Shown here: one piece after another, positions 29,791 through 38,824 of the stretch
Layout: the number at the start of each line of letters is the position of its first letter
How positions within the stretch are numbered: position 1 is the first letter of the stretch
From: an uncultured delta proteobacterium
GTDB taxonomy: Bacteria; Myxococcota_A; UBA9160; UBA6930
Assembly: GCA_963766175.1 (NCBI GenBank)
Contig: CAVXZE010000001.1
Span: forward strand, 257,555 to 321,554
Length of the DNA stretch: 64,000 nucleotides
Reading direction: 5' to 3'
Made by a program: the position numbers and the translations under genes
Notes under the pieces: model-generated
Databases searched by the model: none
The model's input: the letters and a program-made list of their open reading frames with translations, nothing else
Told to the model about the DNA's origin: nothing

Positions 29791-31190
29791 CCGGCGTCGG
29801 ATCCTCGGATTCGGGTCGGCTCGACCTCACGGCACTCGAAGAGCGGGTGGCGGCGGGGGAGATCGACACCGTCATCACCGCCATTCCGGATCTCTACGGG
29901 CGGCTGGTCGGCAAGCGCAACACCGGGCGCTTCTTCCTCGACGAGGTGGCTCGGAAGGGAATGCACGTCTGTGACTATCTCCTGGCCTGCGACATGGAGA
30001 TGGATCCGACGCCCGGATACGCCTTCACGAGCTGGGAGACCGGCTACGGCGACCTGCACGGCATTCCCGACCTCTCGACTCTTCGCGAGGCCTCCTGGCT
30101 CGATCGCACGGCGATCGTGATCTGCGACGCACGACGTGACGACCCGGTGGGTCTCGTCTCCGTCGCGCCGCGCTCGATCCTGATCCGCCAGCTCGAGCGC
30201 GCCGCCTCTCTGGGCTTCGTTCCCAAGATGGGGAGTGAGCTCGAGTTCTTCCTGTTCCGGGACGGCTTCGAAGGAGCCCGGGCCAAGGGCTATCGCGATC
30301 TTGCGACCACGCAGTCGTACATCGAGGATTATCACGTTCTCTCCGGCACCTTCGTCGAGTCGGTGATCGGGGAGATTCGCCGGCAGATGGACGCCTCTGG
30401 CATCCCAGTGGAGTTCAGCAAGGGCGAATGGGGCCCGGGCCAGCACGAGATCAACCTCTGCTACGCGCCGGCTCTCGAGATGGCCGATCGCCACGTGATC
30501 TACAAGCTCGGGGCGAAGGAGATCGCGCATCGGGCGGGATGTGCACTCACCTTCATGGCCAAGTGGGACGAGCGGCTGGCGGGAAACAGCCTTCACGTGC
30601 ACAGCAGCCTGTGGACCGAGATGGACGAGCCGCTCTTTGGCGGGGAGCCGCCCCCCCTTGCCGGCAGCCCGGTTTGCGCGTCCGACACGTTTCGCTGGTA
30701 TCTCGGGGGCCTCCTGGCCCACTCTCGTGAGCTCGCCTGGTTCTTCGCACCGACGGTGAACTCCTACAAGCGCTACCGCCCGGGCACCTTCGCCCCCACG
30801 GCGATCGGTTGGAGCTACGACAACCGCACCGCGGGGTTTCGGGTCGTGGGCAGCGGCCCGTCGCTTCGCGTCGAGTGTCGCATCCCCGGTGCCGACGCGA
30901 ATCCCTACCTGGTCTACGCCGCGCTTCTGTCCGCGGGGCTCGATGGCATCGAGCAGAAGCTCGATCCAGGGCCGGTCTTCGCGGGCGACCTCTACAAGGC
31001 AGAGGAACTGCCGCAGGTGCCCCATTCCCTCCCGGAGGCGATCGCGGAGCTGGAGCGCAGCGCCTTCGCCCGCCAGAGTTTCGGTGATGAGGTGATCGAC
31101 CACCTGCTCCACTTCGCCCGGACCGAGCAGGCTTGCTTCGAAACGGCGGTGACGGATTTCGAGCGCGAACGCTACTTCGAGCGGGTTTGA
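29787..31190 (+). CDS. Glutamine synthetase family protein (gamma-glutamyl-polyamine synthetase-like)
   Basis: 467 aa. EFSKGEWGPGQHEINLCY, GNSLHVHSSLW and NRTAGFRV are GS catalytic-domain motifs. The GTGA start overlaps the purF stop. Confidence 0.82.
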   Translation: MTGVGSSDSGRLDLTALEERVAAGEIDTVITAIPDLYGRLVGKRNTGRFFLDEVARKGMHVCDYLLACDMEMDPTPGYAFTSWETGYGDLHGIPDLSTLREASWLDRTAIVICDARRDDPVGLVSVAPRSILIRQLERAASLGFVPKMGSELEFFLFRDGFEGARAKGYRDLATTQSYIEDYHVLSGTFVESVIGEIRRQMDASGIPVEFSKGEWGPGQHEINLCYAPALEMADRHVIYKLGAKEIAHRAGCALTFMAKWDERLAGNSLHVHSSLWTEMDEPLFGGEPPPLAGSPVCASDTFRWYLGGLLAHSRELAWFFAPTVNSYKRYRPGTFAPTAIGWSYDNRTAGFRVVGSGPSLRVECRIPGADANPYLVYAALLSAGLDGIEQKLDPGPVFAGDLYKAEELPQVPHSLPEAIAELERSAFARQSFGDEVIDHLLHFARTEQACFETAVTDFERERYFERV

Positions 31191-31903
31191 TGGGCCGACC
31201 GCTCGTGGGTGTCACCACCTACCACCGGGAGCTCGAGGAGCGCCCGCGTTTCTATCTCCCGAGCGCCTACGTGGATGCGGTCCGCATCGGGGGAGGGCTC
31301 CCGGTACTGCTCACGCCCGGAGAGGAACGTCCGGCCGAGCTGCTCGAGAGCTTGGACGCGCTGGTCTTCTCGGGAGGTGGCGACCTGGACCCGGCGCACT
31401 TCGGGGGAGACACCCATCCGCGCTCCTACTTCATCTGTGAGGAGCGCGACGCCTTCGAGCTGCAGCTGATATGCGCCGCCCTGGAGAGGGAAACTCCAGT
31501 GCTCGCCATCTGCAGGGGAGTCCAGGTGTTGAACGTCGCGCTGGGTGGCAGTCTCCATTCCGATCTCGAGGACGTGGTCGGTGACGCGATCCCTCACCGC
31601 GAGAGCCAGACCTGCCACACCTATCACGCGGTCAAGCTCGAACCCGGCTCCCGGCTTGCCGCCCTGATGGGCGCGACGGAGCTCGCCGAGGTCGCATCCT
31701 GGCACCACCAGGCGGTGGATCGGCTCGGTGTGGGCCTTCGGGCCGTCGCCTGGGCACCCGACGGGACGGTAGAGGCTCTGGAGCTTTCCGAGGCCCCCCA
31801 GCTCTTGGCCGTCCAGTGGCACCCCGAACTCCAGATCGAGCGGGGATCGCTCCACCGGAGGCTCTTCGAGGCGATCGTCCGAATGGCGAACGAGAAGCCC
31901 TGA
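31190..31903 (+). CDS. Class-I glutamine amidotransferase / gamma-glutamyl-GABA hydrolase-like (peptidase C26)
   Basis: GVTTY..., AICRGVQVLNVALGG (nucleophile Cys) and WHHQAV (His) motifs. The ATG overlaps the upstream stop. Confidence 0.82.
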   Translation: MGRPLVGVTTYHRELEERPRFYLPSAYVDAVRIGGGLPVLLTPGEERPAELLESLDALVFSGGGDLDPAHFGGDTHPRSYFICEERDAFELQLICAALERETPVLAICRGVQVLNVALGGSLHSDLEDVVGDAIPHRESQTCHTYHAVKLEPGSRLAALMGATELAEVASWHHQAVDRLGVGLRAVAWAPDGTVEALELSEAPQLLAVQWHPELQIERGSLHRRLFEAIVRMANEKP

Positions 31904-32034
31904 TTCCCCGCGGGGCAAGGCGTTTCATTTTTGACTGAACAACTTTCACCAGAATCGTCAGGCAGATAGGAGGTGCCACCGATAAGCGGGTCAGGAGGAA
32001 GCCGAGATCCCCCGGGACGATTTTCTGTTCCGGA

Positions 32035-33420
32035 ATGGCTCGCTGTGTACCCAGAATGGCCCGTCGTCTACGCCTTCCGTTCGCAGACGCCGCCGAATTC
32101 CGAGAGGAATACGAGCGGAACATCGTCAATGGGGGTGCCTTCATCCGCACGGCCGAGGAGTTCGAGGTGCGTGAGCTGGCCGAGGTCGAGCTCGAACTCG
32201 GCTTCTGCGGCGACTCGGTCGTTCTGGAGGCGGAGATCGTTCACTCCGTCCGGGCGGGGCAGGCGGGCTCGGAGGCTGCAGTCGGTGTCGCGGTCCAGTT
32301 CCTCGAGCCTGCGCCACTGCTGCGCGAAACGCTGCAGCGCTTCATTGGCGGGAATTCGTCCGCTGAAACGGACGTCGCCGAGCTCGCAGAAGGGGATCCC
32401 CCTGGCCATGACGACGTCACGTCCATCGAGTTCGAGGAATTGCCCGAGGAAGGCCACCTCGAAGAGGTGGGCGAGGCGCCCGTCTTCGATCCCTCCGAGG
32501 TGGACCTCCCCCAGATTCGCGAGGAGGAAGATCCCCTCGCAGCGGCGCTGGACCGGCGCAAGGCGCCCCGGGTTCGGACCCGGGTTCAGGCCCGGGTGGG
32601 TGCCAAGAGCATGTCGCTGGAAGGTCACACACGGGACCTGAGCAGGACCGGAGCCCTGATCTCGGCCGATGCAAGCGACCTGCCGATCGGGAAGGCCGTA
32701 AAGCTGGAGCTCGTCCATCCCGTCACCGGCGAGGAGTTCGAGGTCGAGGGAGCGGTTTCCCGCCACGTCGAGACAGAGGGCACTGTTGCTGCCGTGGGGA
32801 TCGAGTTCGGTCCGGAGACCAGCGATGAAGGAGTCGCTGCATTCGTGGAGGACGCGAGTCAGGCGGAGACGGAGCGGCAGCGCTCCGGGATCTACGGCGC
32901 GATCGGGGAACTCGGGATGGCTGCTCTGCTGCGGATGTTCGCCTTGAACGCGAGGCGGGGAACGCTCACGGTCAGCTCGGGCGTCGAGGACGGCTCGATC
33001 GGCTTCGAGAACGGAATCTTGCGGCAGGTTCAGCTAGGTGAGGTGCGCGGGGTAAAGGCGCTCTCGCGGTTTCTCTCCTGGGATCAGGGCAACTTCGAGT
33101 TCCACGCCCGGCTCGACTCCACGGATGCCGAGCCGCTGTCCGTCGCTGTCGAGGAGGCGATCCAGGAGGCGATTCGCCAGCGCGAAGACATGATCCGGGC
33201 CGAGCTCACCGACATGCTGGACCCCGCTGCCTGTTTCGCGATCGACGGAGAAAGGCTTCGTGGCGAGAACGGTCTGAGCAAGACCGAAGAAGCCGTGCTG
33301 GATCTCGTGGCTGCGCGCTTCAGCGTCCGTCGCATCCTGGACGTGATCCCGCAGCCCGACGCCGAGGTGATCGAGGCGCTGAAGAGCCTCCTGGATGGGG
33401 AGATCATCCGGCCCGTCTGA
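32035..33420 (+). CDS. Dual PilZ-domain protein with C-terminal DUF4388-like domain
   Basis: The N-terminal region RLRLPFADAAEFREEYERNIVNGGAFIRT is PilZ-like. A second PilZ-like region is RKAPRVRTRVQARV...DLSRTGALISA...VEGAVSRHV. The C-terminal region LGMAALLRMFALNARRGTLTV...GVKALSRFLSWDQGNFEFH is DUF4388-like. Confidence 0.7.
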   Translation: MARCVPRMARRLRLPFADAAEFREEYERNIVNGGAFIRTAEEFEVRELAEVELELGFCGDSVVLEAEIVHSVRAGQAGSEAAVGVAVQFLEPAPLLRETLQRFIGGNSSAETDVAELAEGDPPGHDDVTSIEFEELPEEGHLEEVGEAPVFDPSEVDLPQIREEEDPLAAALDRRKAPRVRTRVQARVGAKSMSLEGHTRDLSRTGALISADASDLPIGKAVKLELVHPVTGEEFEVEGAVSRHVETEGTVAAVGIEFGPETSDEGVAAFVEDASQAETERQRSGIYGAIGELGMAALLRMFALNARRGTLTVSSGVEDGSIGFENGILRQVQLGEVRGVKALSRFLSWDQGNFEFHARLDSTDAEPLSVAVEEAIQEAIRQREDMIRAELTDMLDPAACFAIDGERLRGENGLSKTEEAVLDLVAARFSVRRILDVIPQPDAEVIEALKSLLDGEIIRPV

Positions 33421-33451
33421 AGGTGCCTCGCCTCCGCCTCGCTGCGCTTGC

Positions 33452-35065
33452 TTAGAGACGTCGGACGACGGTGTCCTCGAGGAAGTTCTCGTCGTCGCGT
33501 TCGGGGTAGTCGAGGGTGTAGTGGAGGCCGCGGCTCTCCTTGCGGCGCGAGGCGCACTCGATCACCAGCTCGGCGATGGTGACGAGATTGCGCAGCTCGA
33601 TCAGGTCCGGGGTGACCCGGAAGTCCCAGTAGTACTGGTTGATCTCTTCCTTGAGCAGGACGATCCGCCGCCGCGCGCGGGTGAGACGCTTGTTGGTGCG
33701 TACGATTCCCACGTAGTTCCACATCAGGCGCCGGATCTCGTCCCAGTTCTGGGTGATCACCACCGCCTCGGAGCTCTCGGTGGCGCTTCCCTCCATCCAA
33801 GGCTCCACCGGGACGTCGCCGAGGGGTAGACCCGGGAGCCTCTGGATTCCCTCCTCCGCCGCCGCCTGGGCGAAGACCACGCCCTCCAGCAACGAGTTGG
33901 AGGCCAGCCGGTTCGCGCCGTGAAGCCCGGTACAGGTCACCTCGCCAGCGGCGAACAGGTTCTTGACCTCGGTTTCACCGTGGAGATCCGTCACCACCCC
34001 GCCGCAGCAGTAGTGAGCCGCCGGAACCACCGGAATCGGCTGCCGGGTCATGTCGATTCCGAACTCCAGACAGGCATCGTGGATGTTCGGGAAGCGCTCG
34101 CGCAGGTACTCCGCGTCGCGGTGGGTGATGTCCAGGAACGCCGAGTCCTTGCCGCTCCGCTTCAGCTCGTCGTCGATGGCGCGCGCCACGATATCGCGGG
34201 GAGCGAGGTCCTTCATGGGGTGGTGATGCTCCATGAAGGCGTCGCCCGCCTCGTTGCGCAGGACGGCGCCCTCTCCTCGGAGCGCCTCACTGATCAGGTA
34301 GGACTTCGCCTGGGGGTGGTACAGGCAGGTGGGGTGGAATTGAAAGAACTCCATGTTTGCAAGCGCGGCGCCGGCCCGGTAGGCCATCGCCATGCCGTCT
34401 CCCGTCGCGATGTCGGGATTGCTGGTATAGAGGTAGACCTTGCCCGCACCTCCCGTGGCGAGGAACGTGACACGCGCGCGGTAGCGCTCCACATTCCCGG
34501 TCTTCGCGTCGAGCACATAGGCGCCGAGTGCGCGGTTCGGGCCCGGCAACCCTGCGCGGTGGGTGGTCAGCAGATCGATGGCGCAGTGGTCTTCGAGCAA
34601 GGTGATACTCGGATGTGCGCGGGCCCGGGCCAGCAGCGCCCGCTCGATCTCCCGCCCCGTGGCATCCCTGTGGTGAAGGACCCGGCGCACGGTGTGGCCG
34701 CCCTCACGCCCCAGCTCGTACACAGCCTTGCCCTGGCTTTCGTCGTTGCCCTCTCGGTCGAACTCGACGCCCAGCTTTCCCAAAGCTTCGATGGCGGCGC
34801 CGCCTCGCTCCACCACGAAGCGCACCACGTTCTCACGGCAGATGCCGGCGCCGGCAGTCATGGTGTCCTGGGTGTGCGACTCGAAGGAATCCTCATCGGA
34901 GACCACTGCCGCGATGCCACCCTGGGCGAAGTTCGTCGCCGACTGGACGGCCTCCTTCTTGGTGACCACTGTGACTCGCCCGTGTTCGGCGACGCGGAGG
35001 GCGTAGAAGAGGCCGGCGACGCCGCTGCCCAGTACCAGAAAGTCGGAATCGTTGTTTTGTGACAT
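33452..35065 (-). CDS. nadB: L-aspartate oxidase
   Basis: 537 aa. FAD motif DFLVLGSGVAGL, plus NFAQGGIAAV, AAHYCCGGV and RLASNSLLEG. Confidence 0.95.
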   Translation of the reverse strand: MSQNNDSDFLVLGSGVAGLFYALRVAEHGRVTVVTKKEAVQSATNFAQGGIAAVVSDEDSFESHTQDTMTAGAGICRENVVRFVVERGGAAIEALGKLGVEFDREGNDESQGKAVYELGREGGHTVRRVLHHRDATGREIERALLARARAHPSITLLEDHCAIDLLTTHRAGLPGPNRALGAYVLDAKTGNVERYRARVTFLATGGAGKVYLYTSNPDIATGDGMAMAYRAGAALANMEFFQFHPTCLYHPQAKSYLISEALRGEGAVLRNEAGDAFMEHHHPMKDLAPRDIVARAIDDELKRSGKDSAFLDITHRDAEYLRERFPNIHDACLEFGIDMTRQPIPVVPAAHYCCGGVVTDLHGETEVKNLFAAGEVTCTGLHGANRLASNSLLEGVVFAQAAAEEGIQRLPGLPLGDVPVEPWMEGSATESSEAVVITQNWDEIRRLMWNYVGIVRTNKRLTRARRRIVLLKEEINQYYWDFRVTPDLIELRNLVTIAELVIECASRRKESRGLHYTLDYPERDDENFLEDTVVRRL

Positions 35066-35239
35066 TGGTTCCCCCTGGGGCGTATACGACTGGAGGAGTC
35101 TCGTGGTGATGCATCCACCTAAGGCGGCGGTCCTGGCGTTCCGATAACAGTCACACGAGGTGGAATCGAGCCGAGTCTATCCGTTGGAACGGATTGACGA
35201 CAGTGCTTCCCCTAGGGGAATCTCTTTGAGGGTACGAGG

Positions 35240-35845
35240 GTGCTGAGAGCCCTGCGAGTGATACTGGTGCTGGCGTTGCCGGTCGGGATCCTTGCCGTCG
35301 GCGAGACGGCGGGGGCAGGGACCGGTCTCTACCGGTACGTGGACGAGAGGGGCGTGGTCCACTTCACCAACGCTCCCAGCGATCGCCGCTACTCCCGCAT
35401 CACCGTTCTACGTTCCCTCGCCACTCGCCCGCGCGTCACCTACTTCACGCCGGTCCGCACCTACGACGATCTCATCGAGAGCGCCTCCAGGCGCCACGGG
35501 GTTCCCGCGGCGCTGGTGAAGGCCGTGATTCACGCCGAGTCCGCCTTCAATCCGCGGGCGGTTTCGGCCAAGGGCGCCATGGGCCTGATGCAGCTCATGC
35601 CCGCCACCGCGCAGCAGTTGGGCGTCGCGAAGCCCTTCCACGCCAGCCAGAACGTCCAGGGTGGCACCCGCTACCTGCGCTCACTGCACGAGCGCTACGG
35701 AAACTGGACCCATACCCTGGCGGCCTACAATGCGGGGCCAACGGCTGTGGACCACTACCGCGGCGTTCCTCCCTATACCGAGACGCGTCAGTATGTGAAG
35801 CGGGTTCTTTCGTACTATCGTCGATACCATGGTGACTTCCCTTAG
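35240..35845 (+). CDS. Lytic transglycosylase (SLT domain) with DUF4124-like N-terminus
   Basis: Signal-like N-terminus, YRYVDERGVVHFTN, and the SLT motif AVIHAESAFNPRAVSAKGAMGLMQLMPATA. Confidence 0.85.
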   Translation: MLRALRVILVLALPVGILAVGETAGAGTGLYRYVDERGVVHFTNAPSDRRYSRITVLRSLATRPRVTYFTPVRTYDDLIESASRRHGVPAALVKAVIHAESAFNPRAVSAKGAMGLMQLMPATAQQLGVAKPFHASQNVQGGTRYLRSLHERYGNWTHTLAAYNAGPTAVDHYRGVPPYTETRQYVKRVLSYYRRYHGDFP

Positions 35846-36473
35846 TGGCTCAGGGCCCGTGAAGACGGAGCTGGTCCGTGAGCGTTTCTGGAATCTTCCC
35901 AACACCATCACCGTGGTGCGGCTCGCCGTCGTTCCCGTCCTGCTTGCGTTTCCCCTCTTCGACGGGCCAGTGGGAAGCAGAGTCGTCGCCTGGCTCTTCA
36001 TCATCTCCGCGCTCGGCGACATCCTCGACGGTGTGGCCGCCCGCTGGGGCCAGCAGGTCACCCGGATCGGCAAGCTCCTGGATCCCTTGGCCGACAAGCT
36101 CACGGTGGCGACCGCACTCATCATTCTCCTCAACATCGATCGGATTCCGGCGTGGGCCACTTCCCTGGTGGTGGTGATCATCGGGCGCGAGCTGGCGGTG
36201 ACGGGCCTGCGTGGAATCGCATCCGCCGGGGGCCAGGTGGTGGCCGCGACCTGGCCCGGCAAGGTGAAAGCCTTGGTGCAGAACGTGGCAATCGGGGCTC
36301 TGCTCTTTCCGGATCCGACCCTCGGCCTGCCGGCCCATCGCATCGGCCTGGTGCTCCTGGGTGCGGCGACCGCACTCACCCTGTGGTCGGGCTACGTCTA
36401 CTTCGCCGACTATTTCGGCTCTGACTCCTCCGCTTCGGCGGAGAAGCCACCGCCCGAGGAGAACATCGCATGA
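35829..36473 (+). CDS. pgsA: CDP-diacylglycerol--glycerol-3-phosphate 3-phosphatidyltransferase
   Basis: CDP-alcohol phosphatidyltransferase motif DILDGVAARWGQQVTRIGKLLDPLADK on a multi-TM protein. Confidence 0.87.
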   Translation: MVTSLSGSGPVKTELVRERFWNLPNTITVVRLAVVPVLLAFPLFDGPVGSRVVAWLFIISALGDILDGVAARWGQQVTRIGKLLDPLADKLTVATALIILLNIDRIPAWATSLVVVIIGRELAVTGLRGIASAGGQVVAATWPGKVKALVQNVAIGALLFPDPTLGLPAHRIGLVLLGAATALTLWSGYVYFADYFGSDSSASAEKPPPEENIA

Positions 36474-37783
36474 CTCGGCTCGCGGAGTTGGGCAAACGAA
36501 TCGATTCCCGCCAGGCGCAGATCGGTGTCATCGGTCTCGGCTACGTGGGGCTGCCCCTGGCGCTGGAGTTCGCCAAGGCAGGGTTCCGGGTCACCGGCTT
36601 CGAGTTGGACGAAGAGAAGGTCCGGACCATCCACGAGGGCGGATCCTACCTCGAGGACATCACCGCGGAGGAGGTGAAGTCGGCGCGGGACGCGGGCAAG
36701 CTCGAGGCCACCCTCGACTACGGAACGCTATCCAAGGCCGATGTGATCAACGTCTGCGTGCCGACTCCCCTCACCAAGACCAAGGATCCCGATGTCTCCC
36801 ACATCGTGAAGGCGGTGGAGGAGATCCGAAAGCGCCTCAGGAGCGGACAGCTGGTCATTCTCGGCAGTACGACCTATCCGGGCACCACTCACGACCTCTT
36901 CATCCCCCTGCTCGAGGAGTCGGGCCTGGAGGTGGGGGTCGACTTCTCGGTGGCCTTTTCCCCCGAACGCATCGACCCGGGCAACAAGGAGTTCCCGCTC
37001 CACCGGGTGCCCAAGGTCGTCGGCGGCGAGACTCCTCACTGCACGGCGCTGTGCGCGAAGGTCTTCGAGGCGATCTTCGACAGTGTGGTCACGGTCTCCT
37101 CGACCCAGAGCGCTGAGATGGTGAAGCTGCTCGAGAACACCTTCCGAGCCATCAACATCGGTCTCGCCAACGAGATCGCCCTGATGTGCAACCGCCTGGG
37201 CCTCGACGTCTGGGAGGTCATCGAGGCGGCGGCGAGCAAGCCGTACGGCTTCATGAAGTTCGAGCCAGGGCCGGGTCTCGGAGGCCACTGCATCCCGGTG
37301 GATCCCACCTACCTGGCCTGGAAGATGAAGTCGCTCAATTTTCCGGCGCGCTTCATCGACACCGCGACCGAGATCAACGGCCACATGCCCGAGCATGTGG
37401 CCAGGACGGTGGGGGATCTTCTCAACGAGGAGCGCATCGCGGTGAATGGCGCCCGGATCCTGATCCTCGGTGTGGCCTACAAGGGAGACGTCTCGGACAT
37501 GCGTGAATCCCCGGCCCTGGACATCATCGCGTTGCTCGAGGCCAAGGGCGCCGAGATCCGCTACCACGACCCTCATGTTCCCGAGGTTCGACTGGAGAAC
37601 CGCACGGCCAAGAGCGTCGACCTGACGGACGAAGTCATCGGCTCGGCTGACCTGGTCGTCATCGTCACGAACCACAGCTGTGTGGACTACGAGCGCCTGG
37701 TCGCCGGCGCCCACCGCGTCTACGACACCCGGAACGCCACCCGGAACCTCACAGTGGGAAAGGAGAAAGTCCGAAAACTCTAG
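36470..37783 (+). CDS. Nucleotide-sugar (UDP-N-acetyl-hexosamine) dehydrogenase family protein
   Basis: Rossmann motif IGVIGLGYVGLPLALEFA, catalytic GGHCIPVDP, 437 aa. Confidence 0.85.
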   Translation: MTRLAELGKRIDSRQAQIGVIGLGYVGLPLALEFAKAGFRVTGFELDEEKVRTIHEGGSYLEDITAEEVKSARDAGKLEATLDYGTLSKADVINVCVPTPLTKTKDPDVSHIVKAVEEIRKRLRSGQLVILGSTTYPGTTHDLFIPLLEESGLEVGVDFSVAFSPERIDPGNKEFPLHRVPKVVGGETPHCTALCAKVFEAIFDSVVTVSSTQSAEMVKLLENTFRAINIGLANEIALMCNRLGLDVWEVIEAAASKPYGFMKFEPGPGLGGHCIPVDPTYLAWKMKSLNFPARFIDTATEINGHMPEHVARTVGDLLNEERIAVNGARILILGVAYKGDVSDMRESPALDIIALLEAKGAEIRYHDPHVPEVRLENRTAKSVDLTDEVIGSADLVVIVTNHSCVDYERLVAGAHRVYDTRNATRNLTVGKEKVRKL

Positions 37784-37854
37784 GAACGGCGGGGGGTTTG
37801 GCCCGATTCCCCTCGACGGTCGGCGCTACTTTCCCTATCTTTTGCTGAACACGG

Positions 37855-37930
37855 GCACGAGTAGCTCAGCTGGTAGAGCACCACGTTGCCAACGTGGAAG
37901 TCGCCGGTTCGAACCCGGTCTCGTGCTCCA
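37855..37930 (+). tRNA. tRNA-Gly (anticodon GCC), CCA encoded
   Basis: Manual cloverleaf. Acceptor GCACGAG/CTCGTGC, D arm GCTC-AGCTGGTA-GAGC, anticodon stem CCACG/CGTGG with loop TTGCCAA, and T arm GCCGG-TTCGAAC-CCGGT region. Discriminator T plus CCA. Confidence 0.93.
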
Positions 37931-37932
37931 GG
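37883..37932 (+). repeat. attL-type direct repeat (3' part of tRNA-Gly)
   Basis: acgttgccaacgtggaagtcgccggttcgaacccggtctcgtgctccagg, identical to 58500-58549. Confidence 0.85.
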
Positions 37933-37941
37933 GTTTTCGTA

Positions 37942-37979
37942 ACGCCCTCGCGGATTTGCCGCGGGGGCGTTCCGGTTTT
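37942..37979 (+). terminator. Rho-independent terminator after tRNA-Gly
   Basis: A 12-bp stem (acgccctcgcgg / ccgcgggggcgt) with loop atttg, followed by tccggtttt. Confidence 0.7.
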
Positions 37980-38310
37980 GGTCGTGTTTGGCGTCACGTG
38001 ACATCCCCAGTGCACGTGTAGCCGATTCCCGAATGAGGACGGGGAGCTAGCCGATCACGTACTGTGGGCACGCAATGGGCACGCAGTCCGGCAGAGTCGC
38101 ACTGCCGGGCCCACAATCGAACCATGCTCGAGGGTTGCTCCGGGGTTGGTGTCAGGGCTTCGCGTTCGTGCCGAGCCCCTAGGCGATGGCTGGCGTCGCG
38201 GACGCCCATGCCGCCCGCCAGCCAACGTATCCCGCGGCTGATCACGCACCTCGATAAGTGGCCGTGATTCGGAGGAAATCCAGTTATTGGGATGGACCCG
38301 GTCTGTCAAT

Positions 38311-38428
38311 CCAAAGTAGAAATGTCGGGATTCCAGCAAGTTAGAGATGTCGGGCGGGCCCCGGTTCAGGGATTGGCCGGAGCATCAGCCCGGGCCCTGG
38401 CGGTACGGATCTGGCGCTTCTCGCGAAG
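38311..38428 (+). mobile_element. Solo terminal fragment of the rve-transposase IS (end distal to the transposase gene)
   Basis: It starts with ccaaagtagaaatgtcggg...ttagagatgtcggg, an inverted match to the other IS terminus at 43270-43320. Positions 38340-38428 are 100% identical to 41891-41979, then homology stops abruptly. Confidence 0.65.
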
Positions 38429-38824
38429 ATGTCGCTGAGATCGTCTTTCCGCCCGTCTGACCCAGTCCCGGGTGCGCGAAGCTCGCTCTCTTCTCGAGTC
38501 CGAGAACGAGTGTTCGCTGGCTGTACCACCTGGGCACGTCCAGGTGCGTGCTCCGTAGCTCGCAATTCTGTGAACCCCCCAATCGGCAGAGAGGCTGACG
38601 GGGCAAGGTGGATCGAATGGGTGTACCTGCTCGTCCGTCACCATCCACGCCGCCCCCTCCCCGAAGGGTGAGGCAGCAGGAACTACAGCAACAAACCGGC
38701 AGTTCTAGTTGTCGTTGGGTGGCAAAAGTAATTGTCGTTGATCAACCGGCAGTGGTACTACAACCGCGGGCAGGTCAGCGCTGGATCACGACTGCTGGAT
38801 CAATGTCGACCTGACCGAGAAGGC

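Noticed and set aside
38250-38270. Conserved 21-mer 21 nt upstream of ATGGAC (also at 55641-55661) as a dedicated regulatory element
   Set aside because: Both copies lie inside a larger decayed repeat family that aligns with the 3' coding end of the IS3-like transposase. The conservation is therefore explained by common IS ancestry rather than by regulation.
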